From positions 1 to 52,325 of the forward strand of contig LVLI01000261.1 of assembly GCA_001687465.1 (NCBI GenBank): 52,325 nt of DNA, given 5' to 3'. Of the stretch, positions 20,602 to 32,789 are shown piece by piece. The position numbers and the translations under genes were made by a program. The notes beneath the pieces were generated by a model that did no database searches, had not been told where the DNA came from, and worked only from the letters and a program-made list of their open reading frames with translations. The stretch's first letter is position 1, and every line of letters starts with the position of its first letter. This DNA comes from Halocafeteria seosinensis. Taxonomy: Eukaryota.

Positions 20602-23600
20602 ATGCCCAAACCAGTGCAGCAGAGCATCCAAATTCCACGCGGGTCGCTGCAGACTGTGGACGTCCGCATTCCAGCTGCTGAAGCCTTAACGCCAGCGCTT
20701 CAGGCTTCTTCAGAGCCTCATACCGACGGCGCTGCCGCCGCCAGCGCGAGTGATGCCACAGATACGGCTGCGGCTGCGCACGGCGCAGCCACTGCCGGAC
20801 ACGAGGAGGCACCGAAATCTGTCGCCCGGAATACAATGATTGAATGGGTATGTTGTTTTGGAGGAAAGAGGAAGTGTGAGAATGCAATTCTTGACGTCAT
20901 GGAGCTGCAGGAAATGACCGTGGACAAATACGACATCGCGTTTTGTGTCGAGTTTATCCCATCCGTAGAGAAGGATTCTGGCGCGCAAGCGGAACTTGTT
21001 CAGCACAAGTTACGCCTGGAGCAGGATCAGAATGCATTCACGCCAGAAGCTGAAGTGGACGGAATCATACGGTTCACATTTGATAACAAATACTCAATGA
21101 TGAGAGGGAAAACAGTTCAGTTTGGCTATAAACTTGTGAATAATGAACATGTAAGGGTTGCTTTCGCTGGTGAATGAATGTGTATGAAGCCTGTAAACTG
21201 TATGTGGTCCTGCCCTTCAGTCCCGCTCTGGTCTAACCGAATTGATCCAAAACGTTGACGACCCTGTTGAGATGCATCGGATAGGTTCATTAATAAGTCT
21301 CAAGGACTCGAGAAACATAAATCACGCGGGATATCGGGGCGTGCAAATGTTTTTTGAGAATCGACTGGTAGAAGCGGAACAGTACTTCCTCACCAACCGA
21401 AACCGATTCCCGGTTTTCTCCCTTGGTTACGCAACGATGGCGTATCTCAAAGCCATGATGACTTGGACACCTGAAGACATAGAGAGGGCGGTTGATCGAC
21501 TCGAACACACGAAGGTACGTCGCATCATGTGAACCGTTTTGTGACACTCAGTTGAACACTCTTGAGGACTATACTGCAGGTGGTTGCTGAAGCCTTCGCT
21601 CCCAAGACGAGTATGATGGGAAGCATTGGGAAAATGCTTGGTGGCAAAGCGACGAAATCGACCGACACCGACCCCATTCAGGTGGAATCCTCTTTAGTAA
21701 CTGCGGAGACCACGTTAGTGAGGAGTATGCTGCATCTTATGGAGGAGACTATGATGGGGTTTGTCAGAGCAGGTCTTGCTGTAAGGTACGTAAGACCTAT
21801 GTGGATTTAAATGAGGGATATTCAAGGCGAATGTGCTGTACGTCCTCTTTCCTCTCTCATTTTCCAGAGCCGGTTGGAAGATCTACACAGAGTGTGATAA
21901 TTCGCTGAATAAGGTGGTTTCTGCACACGTATCGCGTGAAAATCGGGAGCGAATAGCATCTAAATCTTTTGAAGAACAGATCGAAGAGCTTGTTCAAAAT
22001 GCACAGAGCATTGTTCCTGGTCTGGACCGCAGTGTTATTGGTGGGATACAGTTTGGCTGGGGGACATTCAACTTGATCATCTCTGTAATGCCACCTATTA
22101 TACTGCGTATCGTCGAGGCGCTTGGATTTCCATCAGACAGGTAAGTCTAGAGAAGTTACTTGTGCGTTCACTGTGATACACAAGATGCGCTAAGTTTACA
22201 CGTCCTCGATGACACAGAGAGGCGGGCATCCTACAACTAAAATTATGCATGGTGGGAAATGGGTTGCGCGCTCCACTAGCTGCCTTAATGTTACTAACAT
22301 ACCATGTCCTTCTTCCTTCTTTTATCCCAACTGGTTTGGTACTTGCTCATCACGCAGCTAGAGCCGAATCGATTATTAATGAAATGCTTTCTCGGTTCAA
22401 CGACTCAGCATTGTTCTTGTGGATTTCTGGAAGGCTGGAAAGAATGAGACGCAACATTTCCAAGTCGATCGAAATTTTGGAATACTGCTCCTCTCTTCAG
22501 CATGATTGGGTCCAGCTTCGCCATCTATGCGCCTACGAACTCGGGTTTTGCGAAGCTTTCAGGTTGGACTGGGCGCGAGCGGCGGACCAATTTCGGATGC
22601 TAGAAGATGAGAACACATGGTCAAAGCCTTTTTACGGATACATGCGAGCTGTAGCTTCGCAAGAATTGGGACGGTCATATGAGGTTGAGCAACATCTGAA
22701 ACGCATTCGTGAGTATGAGGGCATAAAACTCTCTGGCAAGAAAATATCCATAGAGCAGTTCGTTGACAGGCGTTCCAATAAAGTGCTAGAACGCGCGAAG
22801 TATGGGAACAATCAGGGCCTTATGTGTACCCCTAACGGCACCTCAGACGAGCAAGACTTGGTGGTAAACCCGGTATTTAGCACCGTATTTGGATCTGAAA
22901 TGCTCTTCCTCTTCAATGGCTATTCCCAAATGCAAACACATTCCCTGTACGCTGTACTCCAAGAAATCGACTGCTTGCTGCTTCATTGGAACGGTCTTCT
23001 TCGATTCACAGCTTCATCTACACTAATTCAGCGAGAACGGAAAAAGGAAAGAGTCCCCGAAGAAGTTACAGCGACGTCCGACTACATGAGCTGCGCAGGT
23101 GGATCACAGAATTCAGAAAAACTGAAATTTTCTGTGTTTGATCTCCTTGAAAGTGCTGCTGAGCGAAGCTACTCTGAGAATGTTGAGTTGGCGAGCAAGA
23201 GCCTCGTAGATGCTATGAATTCGCTTTTTGGAGATATTACTACGGACGACGTCCTGTCGTTGGGCGATGAAGATGTTGTCGAGAATGTAGCTGTCTTAGC
23301 CCTGTGTAGGGGTGCACTCTTGTCGCAGTTGTCTCGAGCAGAGGAAGCTCATGCATGCTTAGACTGGGTACTTGATAAGAAGAAGAATATCAAAGAAGAG
23401 AATTTTGTAGTTCCTTTCGCTCATTATGAGAAGGCTGTCCTATACGGTCCCTCACCAGAGGCAGCTCAGCATCTCAAAGCCGCGAAGGATTTTTCGGTAA
23501 GGCCAATGTATTGCGGGAGAAACTACGTGTGTAATCGATATTTTCATTTGCGGTTTTGTTGCAGGGCGATTACAATTTTAAATACCGACTACACTTGAGG

Positions 23601-23642
23601 ATCCATCTACTTCAAATTGAATTCGCTATAGGAAACGAATAG
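20602..23642 (+). CDS. GOLD domain plus TTC39/IML2-family (TPR-like) protein, multi-exon
   Basis: N-terminal YDIAF..GIIRFTFDNKYSMMRGKTV (GOLD). After intron 21151-21220: FFENRLVEAE, GWGTFNLIIS.MPP..LGFPSDR, GLRAPLAAL.LL.YH, DSALFLW..GR, ENTWSK.FY.Y, C-terminal DYNFKYRLHLRIH (TTC39). Confidence 0.85.
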
Positions 23643-23662
23643 ACGCCATGTATGGCACTCTC

Positions 23663-26213
23663 TCAAGAGCTTGGCGAGTACATTCTTTCTATCTCTTTAC
23701 TATACTTCTCTTTAAGCTGATGTCGTTTGAGTTTGAACGTAGGTGTGAGCATACCATTCTCCACACTAAACATCTCCGGTTCTAGAACGACATCCTTTAC
23801 TCTCTCGAACCCCTTGAGTGCCGATGCATCGGCTTCTTGTTTCATTGTATCCATGACAGCACTCCTAAAAGCTTCCGAACGACAAAGCTCGTTCACATCG
23901 GTTGGCATCTGTGCAACAAATAGAATACAAATAATCCCAACGGGCTAATTGCGTTTAAGTGGCCCATGTGACTCTTACGTTATTACTTTTGGCCCATTCC
24001 TCCGCCACCTCCGGATCTGGAACGACTACCCCTACAAGGAACGGTTGCAATGAGTCCCCATACACGAATGCTTGCGCGACCAGGGAACTTCGTGTATATA
24101 CATTCTCAATTTTTTCCGGGGCGACGTATTCTCCTTGACTTAGCTTAAATATGTTCTTCTTCCTGTCAATAATGGATACAGTTCCGTTCTTATTCATCAA
24201 AGCGACGTCCCCGGTATGAAACCATCCGTCTCTATCGATTGACCCAGATGTCTCGGCAGCATTCTTGTAGTATCCAACAAAGACGTTCGGGCCCCGAACG
24301 CACAATTCTCCGCGTGGACAAGGAGTATCTGCACAATGAAAAAACCGTCAGCATATTGGCTTTTGTCATTTGCAACCGCAGGTTGCTCACTTACCCGTAT
24401 GAGTGTATCCCATGTCCGGAATGTCTACCAACTTGACTTCATCGCATGGAGCAGGGGCCCCGACCTGTCCAGGTGAGCGTTCAGCCGGAGGCGTAGTCGT
24501 TCCGATACCGACAGTTTCCGTCAGACCATACCCCTCTATGATTGGGCAACAAAATGCAATCTGTAAAAAGTATTTAACTTCAGCTGACATTGGAGCGCTT
24601 CCTGTAACAAGTAAGCGGATTCGACCACCCAGCATATCCCGGATTTTTTTGAAGACTAAACGATCCCAAATGGCATGGGTGGTAGCACTAGACGAGACTA
24701 AATAAGATTTCTTGGCAGCAAACGCGTAGTCAAAGAGCGCTTTCTTCGTTCCCCCTGCTGCAACAACCCCTTGTATTACTTTATCATAAATTCGGTTGTA
24801 CAAACGGGGAACTGACGGAAAGATAGTAGGGCGCAATTCTTGTAAGTCCTCCACTAATTTGTTAACATCTCCCTGAAAGAATCCTATTGCCGAAGCGTTA
24901 TAGACGAGCAATAGCTGGACTAGTCGTTCAAAAACGTGAGCCAACGGCAGGTAAGATAAATGGACATCCGAAGGATAAATCTCTACACCTGCTGCGGTTG
25001 CCCCGGCCAACGCGGCACAAAAATTGCCGTGAGTTAGCATCACCCCCTTTGGATTCCCTGTCGTTCCGGATGTATAGCACACAGTGGCAAGGTCATTGCT
25101 ATTTGGTGGATTGTGGGGTAGGGTCTGATGTTGCCCGAGTTGGTGAACCTCAGACATGGTGGTCACTTGGACTGCGCGCTCACTATCCGTGGCGTTGACG
25201 TTCATTGTTGAGCGAATCTGCTGTAGCTGTTTCCAGTTCAAAATCCCATGTACAAGCGCTTTATTGCTCCCCTCGATTTTGTTATCTGACGTAATACCGC
25301 TCGACACCGCCTTTTCTGCCTCATTGGGGTCTGTTGCATCTACGATATGGGTGCCTTGGTAGTCCATTTCGATAATGTACTGTAACGAGGGCATGTTTCG
25401 AGCATTATGCAAAAGGGTTGGTATCTTATCCCCACTGCAAACAATAACTCGTAATCTACTTTGATTCACAATGAACTCGAGAGCATCCGCTCCTGCGCCG
25501 TACATTGTAAGTAAGTACAGGTATACGTGAAACTCTTGAATCTCGAAACTCACCCAGGGTATCATACAATGGGACATTAACTAGCGAATAAGCATTGCAT
25601 GCATGCTCTGTGATAAACCATTCGGGGCGGTTCAAGGAGTAGATTCCTACGAAATCACCCTGCAGTATAACGCTCCATTTGGTCCTCTGAACTCAATGCC
25701 GCAACTTCGACTAACAGACAACTTACCGCTTCCAGCCCCATGTGAACAAGCCCGCTTCCGAACGAAGTTACCCTCGAAGCTGTTTCATCGTAACTCATCC
25801 ATTCAAATGGGCCTGCCGCACCTGTCTTGGAATCAATCCGTCGGCTTCCAATGCAGTCCTTGTTGGGATGCTGTCGGGCTGCTTGCTGAAAATTTTCGTA
25901 AAGTGTCCGAATTCCTCCTTGCTGGGTCAGCAACTGGGAAGGAAACTCTGCGGAAGCAAACCTCACAAAATCGTTTAGCGTACACCGGGGAAAAGGGGCT
26001 TCATCAGAGATATACCACATACGAGCATTTCGATAAATTCCACTTTCATGGTCGGTGGGTTGAGTGATCTGCAGGACGGAATTCCGTCATTCTGCGGGCA
26101 CATGGTCTCGAGAGAGGAGTAGAACAACGTACCTGGGCGCTGTATGAGCCCGTGGAAGCGTCCGAATCGGCCTCATGAGGCTTGTATAAGCCTCCAGAAA
26201 GATACGCCCCCAT
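23663..26213 (-). CDS. Long-chain acyl-CoA synthetase (ACSL/LACS), multi-exon
   Basis: [77 protein letters not shown]. First exon inferred: [12 protein letters not shown]...[18 protein letters not shown]. Confidence 0.93.
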
Positions 26214-26515
26214 GGCACTCTAGTGGCTATTTTCCCTTCTTCCACGCCACAAACACTAGCTATATAAACGCGAGCTACCCGAGCACACAAAGCACAGGTA
26301 TAACAAACTATATACTCGAGACTAAAGTGGGCATTACCGTCGTGCAATGCGCTATCGTCCGTGGAATTGGAATCTTCTGGTAAGTCGACGAATTGTTTGT
26401 CGCGACTGCTGACACATTCTTGGCAAACACCACATACAGCGCGTTATTGCACGATTCGTTGCGTTTTTCGGCGTGGTTGCAATCTAGGGCGGAGTCTCAA
26501 CTATCTCTGAGCAAA

Positions 26516-29500
26516 ATGGCCATGAGCAGTGTGGAGCAACAGCAGCCTCAGGGCCATACGGGAGGCCTCAAGACTCTTCGAGTCCCTCCTCGGGAAGTCG
26601 ATGAATTGACTTTTAGCAATTATCAGGACATTTGCGTCAACCATATGGACATTCGACAACTTCATGTCGATTTCTCGCAGCAGAAGTTGACCGGAACGGT
26701 GGAGTATACCTGCCAGGTCTTGCAAGAACAAGGTGTGGAAGACCTGGTCCTGGACACCAAGGCATTGGAGATACATTCAACTTCTGTAAATCAGCAAGAT
26801 GTCGACTTCTCTCTCTATGAAGGATCAACTGCACTTGGAAGACCCTTGCGGATTTCCCTGGGTGGTCTTATAGAAAAGGATTCTACCGTCACAGTACGGG
26901 TGAAGTACTCAACAACTCGTCATTCTACGGCCGTGCAATGGCTCAATCCGGATCAAACCAAGGATAAGAGAGGTCCTTTCCTTTTCACCCAATGTCAGGT
27001 ATGACACTATCGCCTATACCCTACTGCGCTTATATCCTCTGGAATCCCTCGTCCCTGTTGAATACATTTGAAATGCAGGCCATTCATGCGAGGACGTTGA
27101 TCCCTTGCCAGGACACCCCTAGCGTTAAAAGCACGTACACAGCTACTGTGAACGTACCCGAGAGCCTTACAGCTGCGATGTCCGCTGTCAGCACTGGTAG
27201 TTCAGAACCGCAATTCGGGAACCGAAGCTTCAACTTTGAGCAGCGGATCCCCATCCCCTCATATTTACTGGCAGTAAGTTCTCCTGGCCTGAACCCGTTT
27301 TCTCTTTGATCGCTATATACCGTTGTTCATCTCTACAGCTAGTCGTTGGCAATTTAGAGTCAAGGCCCATTAGCTCTCGTTGCAGCGTTATTGCAGAACC
27401 GTCCATGGTTGATGACGCAGCCTGGGAGTTTGCCGAAACTGAAGAATTCCTAAAGGCGGGAGAAAAGCTCTTAGGGCCTTACGTATGGGGCCGTTATGAT
27501 TTGCTTGTGTTGCCTCCTAATTTTCCGTACGGTGGCATGGAAAACCCGTGTCTTACGTTTGTTACGCCGACGCTTTTGGCGAAGGACCGTTCGCTAGCCG
27601 ATGTCGTCGCTCACGAAATAAGGTAATTCTTCACCATTCTTCTGTACTTGCGAGGTCATTCCACACTTCACCCACTGATGCAGTCACTCCTGGACTGGAA
27701 ATCTTGTTAGCAACGGGAGCTGGGACCATTTCTGGCTGAATGAAGGATTTACGATGATGGTACAGCGGAAAATTGTGGCGGCAGTGAACGTGAGTCTTCC
27801 ATCCGAGCTCAAGCAGATATCCATGAGTATTTGAACGTAGCTCGGTGACGCAGGGAGAGCATCAATTTGATTTTGACGCCAAAAACGGGAAATTTAGACT
27901 TGCTGAAGACATTGCAAACTTTGGGGAAGGTCATGCCTACACGAGATTAGTTCCCCAGTTGGAAGGAGTCGACCCTGATGACGCCTTTTCTAGCGTACGT
28001 CGATTTTATCTCCACGTCCGATCACTGTGCATTATCAAAAGCTGAATTTTGTTCACTACAGGTTCCATATGAAAAGGGCTTTTATTTCCTGTATTATCTC
28101 CAGTCTCTTGTGGGTAGGGAGCGATTTGATCAATTTCTCAAGGATTACATTCAGGGGCATGCGTTTCATTCGATATTCAGCGAAGTACGGCGTTCTCTAA
28201 TTTGCTATGACGTTGAACGCCCCTAGTGAACGATGTTGACCTGATTTGCAGGACCTAAAAGACCATTTTAACTCATTTTTTGAAAGCGATCCAAAAGTGA
28301 TTCAATCAGTTGAATGGGACAGGTATGTGAGCGAGCAATACGGCTCAGTCTTCCATGCTAGTTCTGACAGCATGGGTTCTGCAGATGGCTTCACGAACCT
28401 GGGCATCCGGAGAAGATCCATGAAAATGTATATACGGATCAAACCCATACGCTCATTGAGGAACTGGCAAAACAATGGGTGCAGAATCCAGAGGTTGTCA
28501 ATAGTACGGCGGCGGCCCAATGGGAATCTCCCGAGAAAATTGCTTTCCTGGATTACCTGCTTGAAAAGCAAGAGCATTTGGGGCACAGTTCTTCACCAGA
28601 AAGGTTATCTTCAAGGCTTGTTAAGTCAATTGGAAAGACGCATGGCCTGGATAGGACATATAATAGCGAGATAAGGTTTCGATGGTTGCGGCTGAATATT
28701 AGGTGCGGCATTGAGGATGAGCTAGGATCTACGATAGAGTTCTTGAAAGAGCAGGGTCGGATGAAATATGGTATGTTTTCGGAGAGTTCGGTTATATTTC
28801 CTATGTGTACTGACATTAGATCAATTTCACTTGTATCCGTCCAGTCTGCCCCCTCTTCCAAGAAATGATGCGATTCAAGAATACCCGCGAAACCGCACTG
28901 GAATTGTTTGACATCCAGCGAGCGGTCTACCACCCAATATGCGCAAAAGCTGTAGAAAGCATCATAAATACCTTTAGGGATATTCCTGCACAAGACCCGA
29001 CACAGTGGACACCACTGCACAAGGATGCCAACCTACCAGAAGACGACCGCAGCTCTTCGAGCCCGAGCGCAAAGCTTGAATTCCTCGGAGGGTCTGCTGA
29101 TGCTGATCAGGAAGGCAGCTTCCATGCAAAAGAGGCGGCAAACGCCGGAGTTACTGATGAGTTCGAGAGATTCTCCGGCAGCAGTGGTGTGCATACGACC
29201 CAGCGAGATGCTGAAAAAGCGCTGCAAAACCCAATAGAGAAGGAGCGCCGAGAAATGGCAGAAAAGGCTCAACGCGACCAGGAAGAACGCAGCCGGCAAG
29301 TGGAAGAACGCAAGCAACACATTCTAAGTTATGATACAATCAACATGCGAGGATCCAAAACTACCTCAGCTCAATCAAGCGGAGGACGCTCCTCGTCGAT
29401 GTCTCTTTTGAGACAATCGTTTAATTCAACGCTCCAACGCATTGGAGAAATTGAGGTGTCTGAGGATATAAGTCCAGCCATGAGCTCTGGCATTGCTGCT

Positions 29501-29560
29501 GCTGGAGCTCTGTTTATCGGGGGCGTTGCGCTATACGTTATGAGGCGAATGTATAGGTAG
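26516..29560 (+). CDS. LTA4H: M1 zinc aminopeptidase, leukotriene A4 hydrolase-like, with a long C-terminal extension ending in a TM helix
   Basis: [67 protein letters not shown] (HExxH..E), [20 protein letters not shown]; the frame continues about 195 aa to [23 protein letters not shown]. Confidence 0.92.
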
Positions 29561-30015
29561 ATGAGTTTCCTTCTCGGTTCTTGAATTTTCGGATACAAAG
29601 ATCCGGAAGTCGGCGAAGAATTCAATAGCCAACATACTGTCGCTTTGTATAGCACATCGTTACGTCAAACACGACTATTATATTTGTCATACTTCTCCGG
29701 GCGATTCCCTCCCCCAACTTGGGGGGCCCAAGTCGGGTCCGCCCCGACCCTTTGGAGTCAGTGCAACTCAGTTGAGCTGCGGAAACCAGGCCGGAAACTG
29801 TCTTTGAAACTGCCGGCGCTTTCCAATGCCATTTTCAGAGGCATACGAGTGATTGTATTGGTCACTGAGTGTCATGATTGGAGCCAGATTCGAGCGTTCC
29901 AAGAGAAGAGAAGAAAAGGATAACCTCATTTGTGGGCAACGGACCACAAAACGAAATAAAAAGCGCACCGCGTTCCCTTCCTTTATTGGCCCAAGCCCAT
30001 TATACAACTACTACG

Positions 30016-32436
30016 ATGTTTTCAATACGATCAGGGATCCTCTCACTATTCGTTGGGATTGCAATAGTGGCTCAGGCTACAGCGGAAACTCGTACCGTCG
30101 GTTGTTGCGAGCTAAACCTCCAGGGCTTGTTGCATAATTGTGATTGTACCGGAAGTCAAGTGTAAGCTGAGTATTAAGAGTTCCTATGTTTCAGCGTACG
30201 ACACTCTTAATCATTTTTTGCCATCTGCAGTGTGATCGCAGACAGTTCAGATGTTAAGGGATTGGCTTCGGATGCGTTTAACCTCGGTAATAGCGGTGAC
30301 CACGATCATGTAGAGATCCTGTAAGCAAATTTGCTGTTGCAAGAAGAACATTGCCAGCTCACCCTTCCACTGCAATTTGCAGCGAGTTCCGAAACTTGCC
30401 TAATTTCGTGAGTGTATCTGTGTTTGCGCTGAAAACTTTAGGGAACCTGAAAGCACTGTAAGTTGAACGTATTGAGCTTATAGCTGATGCTGTGCATGTA
30501 CCCGGGACGATTGGCCAACAGAGAATTTAGAGACACCGGACTAGAGGCAATACCAGACGGCATATTCACTCCAACTCCCCAATTAAAGACTCTGTACGTC
30601 TCCTAACAATTTTATCCTTCGAAAAGATTATTCTTGGAAGCATTGAAGAGTGCAGGGAAGTCATCCGTAGTCAACTAACGGAACTCCCACCGACCCTTAT
30701 ACAGAATCTCAATCTAGAAAAACTGTAAGGACATGCAGGTGTCGTTGTGTGGTCTTGCGCATGTTTATAGGCTTTCCGAACTTGCAGAGATCTTCGCGGC
30801 AATAACTTGACAAGGATCCCAGAAGAATTTCTGGATAATCAAGGAATAATGACTACTGTGTAAGTCCCCGTTAAGCCTTAACTATAGTCCACACTTCTCA
30901 CTGATAACTTGTCTGTGTACAGTGACTTTCGAGAGAATCAGATTGAGTTCCTAATCAGAAGGGAGCCTTTCATTGTGGGACAGACTGCCATCAATTCATT
31001 GTATGTAGGCCCAGCTCCAGCCCACGGCCAAGCGCAACATATTGCACCTACTCCCTGCAGTTTGATTCAACTGAACCCCGGGATCGAGACTTGTCCAACT
31101 GGCCCAGTTGACGGGTTCGTAGATTTCAGCATCGATGACCTCCAGGCTGTCATGGAACCACATTGCTTAGGTGAAGCCTGCGAGGATACCGAAACATTCT
31201 GTTTCGGTAGTCACCCTGCTCCTACTCCCACTCCCCGACCTGCTCCCAGTTGCTGCTTTTGGGAACCATTAGATGGAGTACTGACTCTACGTTGGTGTCG
31301 ATGCCCCGAAATCGAAGTGATGTAAGATACGTCATAGCCGGAGTCACCTCAGACTTACATGGATTGGGCTCTGTATCGCAGTGATTTGTCCAATCTTGGG
31401 CTCGAGGCTATATCAGACTTCGCTTTTTTCGATGAGGCCAATGGAGGCGTTAAAGCCATGTACGTAGGCTAGCCGCACTAGACCAGTGGTTGATCTATAT
31501 TTCTGTTTACTTTGCCTCGCAGTCACATGCAAGGTAACTTGCTATCGACAATTGATGAACGCGATTTCTATGGAGTTCCCTCTGTGGAGACACTGTATGT
31601 AAATCTAGTGCAATTACGCCGCACACACAAACGCAACTTTGAGAAAGCGGTTTGCAGAGCTCTGGGAAATAATACAATCTCTGAAATTGAACCAATGGCA
31701 TTTCGTAACCTCAGCTCGCTCCGAAACTTGTGAGTTCTTGGAGATTCTGACTGAGAAAAGCATGGATCTTGTTTTACTGTTGTGTTGGTTGCAGGTACAT
31801 AGAACACAACGAATTACAAGAGATAACCTCTGAACAACTTTACGGCTTGGAAGAATTGACAACATTGTGAGTGGATACATCGACGTATCACGAGCATGAT
31901 GAAAAGGTGATTTCTATGACTCGTGCGTGTTACACAGAAATGTAATGCATAACGAAATTTGCTCCGTAGGCGGAGATGCTTTCATCAACAATCCTAGAGT
32001 GGAGTCAATGTAAGCACTATGCAGCGTAGGTCCTCCTTTTGTGAACCTCGTGACTGTAAGAGGTAGTTTCTGGTTTCAGATACCTTTCTCATAATGATCT
32101 CTTTTTTCTGAACGGGACTGCCTTCGAAGAATTGTGGAGTATGGTAGAGCTGTGAGTGTAATGTTAGACAGTGCTAGTTACGGTGACAGACATCTATGCT
32201 ATTTATTCTACCTTTTCTCCAGTGAACTAAATGACAATCCGGGGATGGAAGTTTGCAGCACGCAAGGGGAGAGGGCACTAAGAGCTTCAGCATGTTCACC
32301 GGCACCCAGTTCGGTGGCTTATGAGGAGCGATGCTTCAGACTGATCCAATCTACATTCTGCTTCCTTGATAAAGAAGAGTTCGACATTGACGGTCCGGGA
32401 GAAACTACCCGCAGAAGTCTTCTTCAAAGGCGATAA
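30016..32436 (+). CDS. Secreted leucine-rich-repeat protein; 15 exons, two Cys-capped LRR modules, one LRR per exon
   Basis: Signal peptide MFSIRSGILSLFVGIAIVAQATA. Exons: 30016-30161, 30231-30320, 30383-30457, 30522-30593, 30656-30724, 30788-30859, 30923-31000, 31061-31321, 31382-31459, 31523-31594, 31658-31729, 31795-31866, 31938-32009, 32080-32151, 32223-32436. All introns are GT-AG and phase 2. Repeats such as LDLRGNNLTRIPEEFLDNQGIMTT and LALGNNTISEIEPMAFRNLSSLRN. Confidence 0.9.
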
Positions 32437-32789
32437 GATACTGACTAGTCGTATGGGATATTCTGGTCGTCAATGATTTTACCAACCTATAAAGAATATA
32501 CCAAGTCCTACTTTTTTATTTTTATCTTCCGATACCCATGGCCTAATAGACAGAAGGGATTGATCCGGTGAATCGTACAACCACCTGACCAGTAGCCACT
32601 AGTACGGGGTTTTCCGGGCTACTTTCCCGCCTCAAATAATGTATGAAGGTGGACTATACATATTTCTTTATCGCGTTTTGTATGTTCATAGGGATCTTTG
32701 ATACGTACATATTCTTGAATTTGTGTCCATTGTCATTGAAAATGCACCATTAGATAGAGCTGTTGTTGTTTGTTGAAGGACGGTGCGAC

